From contig JAEYNI010000329.1 of the NCBI GenBank assembly GCA_023412635.1, positions 1-45,219 of the forward strand: a stretch of DNA of 45,219 bases, given 5' to 3'. Positions within the stretch are counted from its first letter, which is position 1; the number at the start of each line of letters is the position of its first letter. The notes below the pieces were generated by a model. The model was given only the letters and a program-made list of their open reading frames with translations, did not search any database and was not told the origin of the DNA. This DNA is from Bacillota bacterium (GTDB taxonomy: Bacteria > Bacillota > Clostridia > Acetivibrionales > DSM-1351). The position numbers and the translations under genes are program-made. Of this stretch, positions 36,504 to 45,219 are shown piece after piece.

Positions 36504-36792
36504 AAATTATCAAAGTACCCTCTACATCCAAGGACTCCTTAGCTCCTACATGCTCAACCTTACTTTTGTAGTTATTGCCCAGATAGTAAAATCTAAGACT
36601 GTCCTTGTCCTTGTCAATAATTTTTTCCAGCTTGTTTTTAACCTCCCTGCACTTCGCTGCGTCCATAATACATTCAAACACGGAATTCTGAACGCGTTGC
36701 CCATAGTTTACGCATTGCTTTGCAACACGGCGGAGCCGCCTTTTTCCAGCATCAGTTTCAGTATTAACATCATAAGTAATAAGTACTAGCAT
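36502..36792 (-). CDS. cas2: CRISPR-associated endonuclease Cas2
   Basis: LITYDV, RRLRRVAK.C..YGQRVQNSVFEC, DSLRFY. Confidence 0.97.
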   Translation of the reverse strand: MLVLITYDVNTETDAGKRRLRRVAKQCVNYGQRVQNSVFECIMDAAKCREVKNKLEKIIDKDKDSLRFYYLGNNYKSKVEHVGAKESLDVEGTLII

Positions 36793-36800
36793 TTATTCAC

Positions 36801-37832
36801 CTACTTCCACAAAAACGGTGGATATTCCTCCAAATCTCCTCGGATGAATCTCGCCAAAAGCATTGCCTGTGCATAAGGTACAAGGCCCCATTCGAGCTTT
36901 TCCTGCAAGAACGGATGAGTTATTTTTTCCTGCTTTCTGCTCTGCCAGGCCTGTAAAATAGTTTTACGGGTATCATCATCCATTATGACGGCTCCATCCT
37001 CTTTCTGGGTAAATCCACCGGAATTGACCACCCTTTTATTAATAAGAGAAATTACAAACCTGTCTGCAAGAATATAACGCAGCTCCTCCATTAAATCCAG
37101 AGCCAGAGATATCCTTCCCGGCCTGTCCCTGTGCAAAAAACCCACATAGGGATCAAGACCTACTGTTTCCAACGCTGCTGCAACGTCATGCGCCAACAGT
37201 GTGTATACAAATGACAGCATTGCATTTACATTGTCAAGGGGAGGTCGCTTGTTTCTTCCATGAAAGAAAAATTCCTGCTTTTGTTGCAGTATCAAGTCGT
37301 CAAGCACGCTGAAATATTGTACTGCCGCCTCTCCCTCAAAGCCCCGTAGCTCATCAAGCCTTTCACTTTCCAGAACCAGGCTCAAAGAATTTGCCAATGC
37401 GGACGAAACTTTTTTAAGCTTGTCCGTGTCAAGCCTCTCGGCATAATCCCTGGTAGCACGCTCTATAACCCATCTGCCATTAAAAAGCTTACCGAAGATA
37501 AAATTCCTGGCTATTATTGCACTGCACTCATCACTTTCTGATAGTCTGTACTGTGCCTTCCTTAAAGTCACATTTCCCCGGACTTCTCCGACTACCCTCG
37601 ACAGAAATTTGCCGCTCTGTGTCATGAAGCTCAGTGAAATATTGCGCCTTGCGCATGCCCCCATTAATGCAGGGCTGGCACCTGTATAACCGAACGCAAT
37701 AATGCTTTCCAGATTGTGCAGAGGAATTCGTGCGGCTTCAGCATCACCCTTCAGAATGATTAGGTTCTCACCGTCCAGAGACAGGTAGCTGTCAGGTGAA
37801 GTCACATAAACGGTATTCAGCAGTTTTCTCAT
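36801..37832 (-). CDS. cas1: CRISPR-associated endonuclease Cas1, type I-C
   Basis: Start moved to MRKLLNTVYV (GGAGG RBS, overlaps cas4 stop); LRGFEGEAA, RPPLDNVNAMLSF.Y, GLDPYVGFLH, SLALDLMEE. Confidence 0.97.
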   Translation of the reverse strand: MRKLLNTVYVTSPDSYLSLDGENLIILKGDAEAARIPLHNLESIIAFGYTGASPALMGACARRNISLSFMTQSGKFLSRVVGEVRGNVTLRKAQYRLSESDECSAIIARNFIFGKLFNGRWVIERATRDYAERLDTDKLKKVSSALANSLSLVLESERLDELRGFEGEAAVQYFSVLDDLILQQKQEFFFHGRNKRPPLDNVNAMLSFVYTLLAHDVAAALETVGLDPYVGFLHRDRPGRISLALDLMEELRYILADRFVISLINKRVVNSGGFTQKEDGAVIMDDDTRKTILQAWQSRKQEKITHPFLQEKLEWGLVPYAQAMLLARFIRGDLEEYPPFLWK

Positions 37833-38494
37833 TCCTGCACCTCCTTCAGGCTTTCTTTGATATATTTTGCCACAGAAGGATTTTTGCACAGTCCGGGCAT
37901 GCATATATCCGCTAACGAGCATGCTTTACAGCTTTTAGATGGCTTTACCTTCGGAGTATACCTCCTGCTGTACAATTCATGCATCTCCTGCAGGATGTCA
38001 GTTACCCGCTGACGCAAATCCGCATCTAGCACAACTTTCAACCTGTGCCTTGTCTCACCGTAGAACATATATGCTTCCTTTATTTCACATAAAAGCATTT
38101 CCTCAAGGCACATAGCCTGTCCGCATAATTGCAGTATATCAGCCTCATTTTCCTTCGGCTTACCCCTCTTGTATTCTACCGGAACAGGCTTATACAGGCC
38201 TTCCCTGCCAAATATGTTTACACCGTCAGGGCATTTTTGCAACTCCACAATATCACATACCCCGCTGACTCCCAAGGTTCTGGAGAAAACAGCCATACCT
38301 CTGGAAATAATAATATCTCCTCTTTTTTCTGAGAGGCCGTCATCATGTGCCTTCTCGTGAAGTATATTTCCTTCAACAGTCCGCAAATTTTCCTGCCACT
38401 GCTGTTCAATATGTATCAGTGCCCACTGCCTCCTGCAAAAAGAAAAGTGCTGAATACCTGATAGCAGTAAAAAATCCTCTTCGTTATATTCCAT
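37829..38494 (-). CDS. cas4: CRISPR-associated protein Cas4
   Basis: HFSFCRRQW, G.CDIVE, PVEYKRG, QLCGQAMCLEEM, CKACSLADIC Fe-S cysteines. Confidence 0.96.
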   Translation of the reverse strand: MEYNEEDFLLLSGIQHFSFCRRQWALIHIEQQWQENLRTVEGNILHEKAHDDGLSEKRGDIIISRGMAVFSRTLGVSGVCDIVELQKCPDGVNIFGREGLYKPVPVEYKRGKPKENEADILQLCGQAMCLEEMLLCEIKEAYMFYGETRHRLKVVLDADLRQRVTDILQEMHELYSRRYTPKVKPSKSCKACSLADICMPGLCKNPSVAKYIKESLKEVQE

Positions 38495-39341
38495 CTTGTA
38501 CTTCCAGCTTTAAACCATCCAACTCGTCACAGGTAATTGTATAGTCCTCGATTTTCTTGGGTATTTCTGTGTTTGGCACAACTTTCAGACACCTGTGTAC
38601 CTTTGCGGAGGAATATTGTCCCATTTCACAATTATGCTTCCACCAATAAATTTTATAAACCTCCATGCTCCCATCAGGCCTTGCGGAAGAGCAATCATTT
38701 TGAAACAGCGTTCTTAACGCTTCCTTGATGAGCGCGCTGTCTTCTTCGGTGAAGCCGGTCTTAGTAGCAAGCTGTGTATTAATGCTCCCAACCACCGTAT
38801 AAACGCCAAAATCCACCCTGTGCTTCATACCCATAGTATCGGGGCTTTTTTTATCCGGATCCTTGCCTGTTTCTCCATTTACACTTTTTGTAATCTGCAT
38901 ACTTGTTATCTCAATTGGTGAAATGCTTACGCCTGAATGCACCGATACAGGCCCTCTTATTCCTATGGAGACAGAATTATCCTCTCCCGCCTTGAAGGCA
39001 AATACCTGACCGAAGCTCCGCACATCTATCCATTTTGAGCAAGCATAGGCAGCATACTTCTCCTTGTCCTTTAGAAATTTTTTCAATTCAGGACACCCGT
39101 CCGCTCTGTCCTTCAGGCTTCTGAAACCATCAGTTCTCCTATCGTCGGACTGGACGAATATTTCTTTATTCATATCCTGTAACCTATTTCGGATTTTTCT
39201 TTTTATGCACACATCGGAAATCTCTCCAAAACCATCATAATTCTCTCTCGGACGGTTTCCATTCAGAGGATCGCCGTTCGGATTTGCATGTTTAACCGAG
39301 ATAACAACTGCAAAATCAATCTTGTTATTTAAAATACCCAT
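38484..39341 (-). CDS. cas7: Cas7/Csd2, type I-C
   Basis: ANPNGDP..GNRPR, SDVCIKRKIRN, DVRSFG.VF, IRGPV, TMG.KH. Confidence 0.96.
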   Translation of the reverse strand: MGILNNKIDFAVVISVKHANPNGDPLNGNRPRENYDGFGEISDVCIKRKIRNRLQDMNKEIFVQSDDRRTDGFRSLKDRADGCPELKKFLKDKEKYAAYACSKWIDVRSFGQVFAFKAGEDNSVSIGIRGPVSVHSGVSISPIEITSMQITKSVNGETGKDPDKKSPDTMGMKHRVDFGVYTVVGSINTQLATKTGFTEEDSALIKEALRTLFQNDCSSARPDGSMEVYKIYWWKHNCEMGQYSSAKVHRCLKVVPNTEIPKKIEDYTITCDELDGLKLEVQDGI

Positions 39342-39343
39342 AG

Positions 39344-39757
39344 TTACAACTCCTCTTCTTTTATATTTTCAAGTTTTTTCTTATTATTTTCTTCGAACTT
39401 TTTGTTCCTTTCATCAAAAAATACCTGCCTTTGGCAATAATATCCCAATAAATAGCTGTCCTTCAACGCCTCCCGGCTTGTAAAATCTTCAAAGGAAATC
39501 CTTGCGCTCACATCTGAGATTTTCTCCACCAGTCCCCTGCCATTTGCACCCAGCCTCGAAATATAGGGTCTGAGCTTATCATTTAAAATACTCCAGGTTT
39601 TATATGGATGAAGCTTGAATTGATGCATCAGCCTTTCGGCATTTGTATCCCTCTTCTCACCAGAAGACCTGATTGCCCAGTCTTCAATTTCCTGAGCTAT
39701 AGCCAGAAGCCTTCCAAACAGGTAGCTTCTGTCCTTCTGATTATCATCAAGTGCCAT
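39344..39757 (-). CDS. cas11c: Cas11c small subunit from an internal in-frame start in cas8c
   Basis: AAGGAGGAG-tggaat-ATG inside cas8c (KEEWN-MALDDNQKDRSYLFGRLLA), giving 137 aa. Confidence 0.8.
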   Translation of the reverse strand: MALDDNQKDRSYLFGRLLAIAQEIEDWAIRSSGEKRDTNAERLMHQFKLHPYKTWSILNDKLRPYISRLGANGRGLVEKISDVSARISFEDFTSREALKDSYLLGYYCQRQVFFDERNKKFEENNKKKLENIKEEEL

Positions 39758-41299
39758 ATTCCACTCCTCCTTATTTATATCGTGTCTGTATTTTTTAACC
39801 AGTGAACAGGCTATGCTTAATACTTTTTCCCAATTGTAAGGGCTCATGGAAAGCGGGTTGGACGCCCTGTTCACTGCCGCTTTGACAAAATCGTACGGCA
39901 TCCTTACGCCATCGGCAATACATGGCAGCAGTCTCTCTATGGATGCCTTCATCAGCTTGTCATCAACCTCAAGCCTTTCATTTCTTTCAACACCGAAAGC
40001 CGCCCTGACAATTTCTCTTGGTGCCGGAGTTCCTACAAAGGGCTTCGCTCTGTACTTTGCCTTTCCCTTTTCGTCAACTCCGTCCAGTATCCTCTTATAG
40101 CATTGATTCCAGCTGCAGGTTTCGTGCCATTTTTTAAGCCTGTCCAGAAAATCCGGCCCCTTCAGTTCCTTATAGTAGGTAACAGACAGCCTTCCAGTTG
40201 TGGCGGAATTAAGTCCCATTATTACTATGTCCGCATTATTATCCAGCACACCTCCATACCCGGCAATTGCCTTATTAAGCCTTAGAGCATATTCTTTTTG
40301 GGTTGTTACAAGTGGCAGTGTACTATCTTCCTCTCCGAATATACTATCCGTGTCCTCCATCAGTGGCGGAAGCTTTTGATTTTTTGTTCCCCATGCAAGG
40401 ATGACTTCCTCTCCATCATTCGGATTACCGTATTTATAGCCCTGTATATCAATTAGCCACCTGAGTGCATTGTGGGCCTTTTGTGAGGTTTCATAACCCA
40501 CAATGACTGCCTGTTTTTTGTTATAAAACCTGCCTCTGTACGTAAAACCACTTTCGTCATTTGCAGAAATGAGCTTGGCTTTATCACCTGAGCTTCTTAC
40601 TTTTGAAGGATGCTTGTCCGAGCCGGGAATAACTTCTCCCCTGACATAGCACAAATCAGCATCCCCTTGGTTGCTGAGGTAATATTCTATATAGCTGTCG
40701 TATACCTTGTTATCCAGCCAGACGGCGGTTTCCTTATCACCATCACCGTTTATGCTGCTCTCAACTCTAAACCTGACAAACATATCAGTCTGAAACACAT
40801 TCCCGATTTTAACATCACTTTTTATCATACCATTTTCATCACAAACCATTATCTTGCTCTCAATCAAATCGGCTATGAGACTTTTCTTTTTTACATATTC
40901 AAAAACTGCACATACCTTATCATTTTTGTAATCTGAATTACACCAGTCCTCCAGCTGCTGAATATACTTGCTGTAATACTCTGCACCTTTCTCCTTTTTT
41001 ATATAGTCTGAAAAATCTCCCGCAACATATTGTAATTTATCGCAGAGGGGGTGTGGTGGTGGATATTTTCCGCATCTAGTGGCTGAATCCTCGGTAACGG
41101 AAATTATTGTTATTTCCTCTCCTTTGTCCAAGACCCTTGCTCTCCTGAAATTCCCATAGCTGTCAATCGCAACTTCTATATGAGCATTCTGCGTGGAATG
41201 TGCAATTGGCAGCAGTGGGACTTTACCGTCTGTCCGCTGTACTCCGGCTTCACTTTTGCAATTTTCATATGTATCAAAGAGCTTATTAATCCATCCCAA
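39344..41299 (-). CDS. cas8c: Cas8c/Csd1
   Basis: Start moved to TTG 41299 (GGAGGG RBS); PHPLCDKLQY, AKLISAND..GFTY.GRF, SQKAHNALRWL, GRLSVTYY, YLFGRLLA, LGYY. Confidence 0.94.
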   Translation of the reverse strand: MGWINKLFDTYENCKSEAGVQRTDGKVPLLPIAHSTQNAHIEVAIDSYGNFRRARVLDKGEEITIISVTEDSATRCGKYPPPHPLCDKLQYVAGDFSDYIKKEKGAEYYSKYIQQLEDWCNSDYKNDKVCAVFEYVKKKSLIADLIESKIMVCDENGMIKSDVKIGNVFQTDMFVRFRVESSINGDGDKETAVWLDNKVYDSYIEYYLSNQGDADLCYVRGEVIPGSDKHPSKVRSSGDKAKLISANDESGFTYRGRFYNKKQAVIVGYETSQKAHNALRWLIDIQGYKYGNPNDGEEVILAWGTKNQKLPPLMEDTDSIFGEEDSTLPLVTTQKEYALRLNKAIAGYGGVLDNNADIVIMGLNSATTGRLSVTYYKELKGPDFLDRLKKWHETCSWNQCYKRILDGVDEKGKAKYRAKPFVGTPAPREIVRAAFGVERNERLEVDDKLMKASIERLLPCIADGVRMPYDFVKAAVNRASNPLSMSPYNWEKVLSIACSLVKKYRHDINKEEWNMALDDNQKDRSYLFGRLLAIAQEIEDWAIRSSGEKRDTNAERLMHQFKLHPYKTWSILNDKLRPYISRLGANGRGLVEKISDVSARISFEDFTSREALKDSYLLGYYCQRQVFFDERNKKFEENNKKKLENIKEEEL

Positions 41300-42023
41300 G
41301 TATCTCCCCTCCCTCCTCAAATTCTTTTAGACCGATGAAATTGCTTTCATTGAAATCCTTCATCTTCATTGAATACAGTTCGCGCTTTATTTTGCATTCA
41401 TCAGGCCTAATAAAACTGATATAGCCGTCTTTCATAACCGGCGACCATAGCCTTGCTGTCAGCTTGTCTCTGCCGGCTTCCTCACAGGCCTCATCAGGAT
41501 ATTCAAAGCCATGAAACATCAAGCCGAAAGAAATCTCACCATAATTATCGTATTTCCCCTCTCCTTCTCCGAACATACAGGGCTCAACATATCCCTGGCA
41601 TTCCCTTGTACCAAGGAAGATATCCCTTCTGCCTCCCCTCTCAATCATTCTTTTGGCAATAAAAAAATGCTTGTTCTCATTCCTGTCATGCTCTAAATTC
41701 GGTCTGCTGTAATTCCATTCAAAATGAGCCTTAACCTGATATTCAACCTCGTAGAGATATGAATAGTAGGACAAAGTATTGCCGCCGGTATAATTTATCG
41801 GGCGGATACCCTGGGATTGTGTTTTTATATGGTTCATAACGCGGAGCTCATCAATATACCAGATAAAAGTGGGTTTCCAGTATACGCTCTCCAAAATGCC
41901 CTTTAATGCCTGGTATGTAGGTATCTGATATGAGAACTTCTCACCTCCGATCCTATTGATAGGATCGCTGAAAAGCGCATACCTACCGCTGACCTTAAAC
42001 TCTACAGTGTTTTCTCTTTCCAT
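41286..42023 (-). CDS. cas5: Cas5c/Cas5d
   Basis: Start at ATG 42023 (GAGGTG RBS); G.YALF.DP, SYQIPT..AL.GILESVYWKP, FLGTREC. Confidence 0.95.
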   Translation of the reverse strand: MERENTVEFKVSGRYALFSDPINRIGGEKFSYQIPTYQALKGILESVYWKPTFIWYIDELRVMNHIKTQSQGIRPINYTGGNTLSYYSYLYEVEYQVKAHFEWNYSRPNLEHDRNENKHFFIAKRMIERGGRRDIFLGTRECQGYVEPCMFGEGEGKYDNYGEISFGLMFHGFEYPDEACEEAGRDKLTARLWSPVMKDGYISFIRPDECKIKRELYSMKMKDFNESNFIGLKEFEEGGEILGMD

Positions 42024-42033
42024 CGTCTTCACC

Positions 42034-44445
42034 TCAATAATTTAAAAATTCATGCTGTTCTTCCTCGGTAATTCCCGTGCTTTTGTCATAAAAGCCCTTT
42101 CGCAGTGCTATTACACTTCCATTATTCAATGGAATAAATGCTCCCATTTTTTCTAATTTTCTGAACTCTAAATCGAACAAATTCACAGAGTACTGCTGGG
42201 CCTCTTTTAAATACTTCTTTAAATCCACCAGATTGCATCTGCCATTGATATTAGCAATCAGTTCTTCGCCCTTGTCATAGGGAACAATAACACCCTTTGT
42301 ATTTTGATCTATGACCTCAAAATAATCTCCTGCCGTCTTAAAAGAGCTGTTTATCATTAAATCAGGCTTTACCTGATTTTTCTCTGAATAAGCCGTAACA
42401 ACCAGCTGGTTTCCCGACAGTAAATCAAACATGGTTTTATCTGCATGTGGCTTTGGCAAGGTATAATTCATATGTAATTTCATTTCATGAAAATAATATT
42501 TAAAATATGTTTCAATTGCCTTGGGTGAAATCAAATTATTATCAAAAGCTCCCGGATTTTCCTTATACTCATCTAGTATACGGTTAGTGGTCTGCTGGCC
42601 TGCCTTAATCTCCAACAGTCTGCTGATATTTTCGCTGTCCTGGTTCATATTAACAATGTAAACATTTCCGCAGTTGTTCTCACCATGTCTATTGCACCTT
42701 CCAGCTGCCTGGGCGATGCTGTCCAGCCCTGACAAAGAGCGTACTACACACTCAAATGAAATATTTACTCCTGCTTCAATCAGCTGTGTACTTACACATA
42801 TGACTTTTTTTCTCCCAAGATCTTTTCTTAGCCCGTCAAGTATTTTAATTCTATGTGCAGGGCACATGTTGGTACTTAAATGAAAAACTATAGACTGTCT
42901 TTCCTCCGGAAGCAGGGAATTCTCTTTTTCTAAAGCCCTGAATAATTCTTTCGCCGCATTTTTTGTATTGAGAATAACCAAAACACTGTTTACTCCCCCT
43001 GCTATTTCATACACAAAATCCTTTAGATCATTGTAATCGTATCCTCCTGCACGTATTTTAGCGATAACACTGGTTCTTTTAAAATCTTTGAATTTCTCAT
43101 TTGCATTTAGGATAATACCGGCATTTTCTTCAAGAAATATAGGTCTCTTTGTTTCAGATAGCAATGGCTGGGTTGCAGAGCAAAGAACTATTGTCGCATT
43201 GCAGATTTTTGATAAAAAGTTTATTGCGAAGTTAAACATATTTATGCACTTGATTGGAATGGCCTGAATTTCATCAAAAATAATTATTGAGTTTGCAAGA
43301 CTGTGCATTCTTCTTACACTTTGGGTGCCACCACTAAACAAAGTGTTAAGAAATTGAACCATAGTGGTCAGAATAATAGGACTGTCCCATCTCTCCGTTA
43401 AGAGCTTGTAATCCTCATTATCATTGTCAAAAACGAGATTTGAATGATGCTCCAGAACAATATCCTCTCTTCCGAGATATTCTTTTATTTCTTTAGAGTT
43501 CTGTTCTATTATCGTTGTGAAAGGTATTATGTATAGTATTCTGTCTTTTTTGTAATGCTTGGCGTGTTCCAGGGCATATCTCAGGCTCGAAAGAGTTTTT
43601 CCGCCTCCGGTGGGCACCAAAAGCTGGTATATTCCGGTTTTATTGACAGCAAACCCTTTGCAGGCTATGGATATTTCACCTCTAAGTATGTCAACCTTGG
43701 TTTTGACCGGCAGCAAAGCCAGCTTGCTGTCCAGATTCCCTGTGAGTTCCTCCCAGAGCTTTCCGTGGTCAATACTTTTTAATTCCTCGAAGCTCTCCTT
43801 TCCTGTCATAAATTTATGTGTATCATATCTGTCGGCATCAATCAGGCAACTAAATATGTATTTTATCAATAAGCTTGCTGAAAATTTGCCAAATTGTTTA
43901 TTGTTGCAGATTTTATTAACTTTCATCAGTAATTCTTTTATTTCTTGAGTTGATTGTCCGAATAATTTCTCAATCTCTTCCCGACTGGCACATTGATTAA
44001 AAAAATTATTTAAAGCTTCATCATAATGAATTTTAAAAGTATCCGGATTCATTCTCGAAGTAAATTTATCGTCCAAGTCCAAATCGATACAATCAATAAG
44101 ACCTCCATGATGGGAGCAAATTACCAAAGATATGATTTGGGCCGAAAGCTTTTGGTAAGGGTTATCGGAGCTAAAGAAGGTGTCATAGATAAATTTAGCA
44201 CCTGAAGTGGAATGATCTACTGTCCCTCTGAGAGATTTATCATCGGGGTTGCTGAAAGAGTACAATATATATTTATTGAAAGTTTCGGTTTCCTTTCCCA
44301 TGTCATGCAAAAGCCCCACCAATTTACCAGTGCTCTCAATCAATACTTTTTTGCAGAAGTCGGCGCATAAATAAGATACATTCTCCAGATGCTCCTTAAC
44401 ACTTTGTTCGGCACCGTCACTTTCTCTTTTATGAGCTATGAACAT
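42034..44445 (-). CDS. cas3: Cas3 HD nuclease-helicase
   Basis: EHL, LLHDMGK, HHGG, DAD; VPTGGGKT, DEIQ, SAT, STQLIEAGV, QAAGRCNRH. Confidence 0.97.
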   Translation of the reverse strand: MFIAHKRESDGAEQSVKEHLENVSYLCADFCKKVLIESTGKLVGLLHDMGKETETFNKYILYSFSNPDDKSLRGTVDHSTSGAKFIYDTFFSSDNPYQKLSAQIISLVICSHHGGLIDCIDLDLDDKFTSRMNPDTFKIHYDEALNNFFNQCASREEIEKLFGQSTQEIKELLMKVNKICNNKQFGKFSASLLIKYIFSCLIDADRYDTHKFMTGKESFEELKSIDHGKLWEELTGNLDSKLALLPVKTKVDILRGEISIACKGFAVNKTGIYQLLVPTGGGKTLSSLRYALEHAKHYKKDRILYIIPFTTIIEQNSKEIKEYLGREDIVLEHHSNLVFDNDNEDYKLLTERWDSPIILTTMVQFLNTLFSGGTQSVRRMHSLANSIIIFDEIQAIPIKCINMFNFAINFLSKICNATIVLCSATQPLLSETKRPIFLEENAGIILNANEKFKDFKRTSVIAKIRAGGYDYNDLKDFVYEIAGGVNSVLVILNTKNAAKELFRALEKENSLLPEERQSIVFHLSTNMCPAHRIKILDGLRKDLGRKKVICVSTQLIEAGVNISFECVVRSLSGLDSIAQAAGRCNRHGENNCGNVYIVNMNQDSENISRLLEIKAGQQTTNRILDEYKENPGAFDNNLISPKAIETYFKYYFHEMKLHMNYTLPKPHADKTMFDLLSGNQLVVTAYSEKNQVKPDLMINSSFKTAGDYFEVIDQNTKGVIVPYDKGEELIANINGRCNLVDLKKYLKEAQQYSVNLFDLEFRKLEKMGAFIPLNNGSVIALRKGFYDKSTGITEEEQHEFLNY

Positions 44446-44614
44446 AGTTTTCCCCTGTAAATTAATTTCAATATTTTCTAAATTATTACTTATTTTCTAT
44501 TATAACCTGTTTTTTTGACAAATGAAATGGAAGATAACAAAATTACTTGTTCCTTAAATTCTATTATTAATGTTAACACCACAATCCCTCTTGTTATGAC
44601 AGAGACAAAAATAT

Positions 44615-44643
44615 AAAAAAACACCAATCAGCCGACCGGTGTT
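44615..44643 (-). terminator. Rho-independent terminator after the U32 gene
   Basis: Minus strand aacaccggtc-ggct-gattggtgtt running into a T tract. Confidence 0.7.
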
Positions 44644-44696
44644 CCATAAAATAATACTATTAAAATATTGAATCTTTTTACATTATCCTAACTAAT

Positions 44697-45219
44697 TCAT
44701 TTCCTCCTCAAAATCGTATACGGCTCAACCTCTTGCTTCATGGGCATATATACTATCATTTGAGCATGGGGGGCAGTTCTGATGCTCTCCCCTTCTTCAT
44801 TTTTCATAGCTTCAATAGTCTGCACAAAATAATCCTTTTTAGGCACCACCACTTCAATTTCATCCCCAACAATCATTCTGTTTCTTTGCTCAATCTTAGC
44901 AATTCCGGTCTCTTTATCGTACTCCAGAACCATTCCTACAAAATCATATTCTCTGATATAAGAGCTTGTGTTGTATATCTGGTCTGCTCCTGTGGTCTTA
45001 CTGAAGTAAAAGCCGGTGGTATACTCTCTGTGACTTGCCTTTGAGAGTTCAGACAGCCACTCCGGATCAAACCTGTAATTTTCAGGATGGGACATATAGG
45101 CATCTATCGCCTTTCTATATGCGCTTACAACTGTTGCAACATAGAAGGAGCTCTTCATCCTTCCCTCTATTTTAAAGCTGAATATTCCAGATTCAATCAA
45201 TTGCGGAATGTATTCAATC
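44697..45219 (-). CDS. Peptidase U32 family protein (TrhP/YegQ-like), 3' part; gene continues beyond the window
   Basis: SFKIEGRMKS.FYVATVV.AYR.AID, SHREYTTGFY, C-terminal EQRNR..VGDEIEVV beta domain. Confidence 0.92.
   Translation of the reverse strand, partial: IEYIPQLIESGIFSFKIEGRMKSSFYVATVVSAYRKAIDAYMSHPENYRFDPEWLSELSKASHREYTTGFYFSKTTGADQIYNTSSYIREYDFVGMVLEYDKETGIAKIEQRNRMIVGDEIEVVVPKKDYFVQTIEAMKNEEGESIRTAPHAQMIVYMPMKQEVEPYTILRRK

Noticed and set aside
36460..36789. Plus-strand 109-aa ORF as a possible anti-CRISPR or extra cas gene
   Set aside because: Fully antisense to cas2, with no independent support

Overview
AT-rich DNA from a Firmicute. CBM3, SLH and cohesin-like modules suggest a cellulolytic clostridium (inference). 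Nearly all genes are on the minus strand, so transcription runs right to left: (1) 3' end of a U32-family peptidase; (2) a complete type I-C CRISPR-Cas locus (cas3-cas5-cas8c-cas7-cas4-cas1-cas2, hidden internal cas11c start, leader, 25 repeats/24 spacers); (3) a collapsed gldA-dhaK-dhaL remnant, an uncalled Lys-rich small ORF, a class B PBP and a small HExxH protein; (4) a tightly packed ~22 kb operon: SLH protein, CBM3-FN3-cohesin-like protein, FN3-cohesin-like protein, two exported helical proteins, a 3265-aa Sec-signal RHS toxin (C-terminus: PG-binding, pre-toxin, AHH-type nuclease) and an Imm11/DUF1629-like immunity gene; (5) a tail of orphan toxin/lipoprotein-immunity cassettes (lysozyme-like toxin; degraded cell-wall-hydrolase-like tip) broken up by IS66, IS110 and IS3 debris. 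The best candidate for an undescribed system is (4)+(5): an RHS polymorphic toxin apparently co-expressed with its own cell-surface or polysaccharide tethering scaffold. All family calls are by-eye motif recognition; no searches were run.
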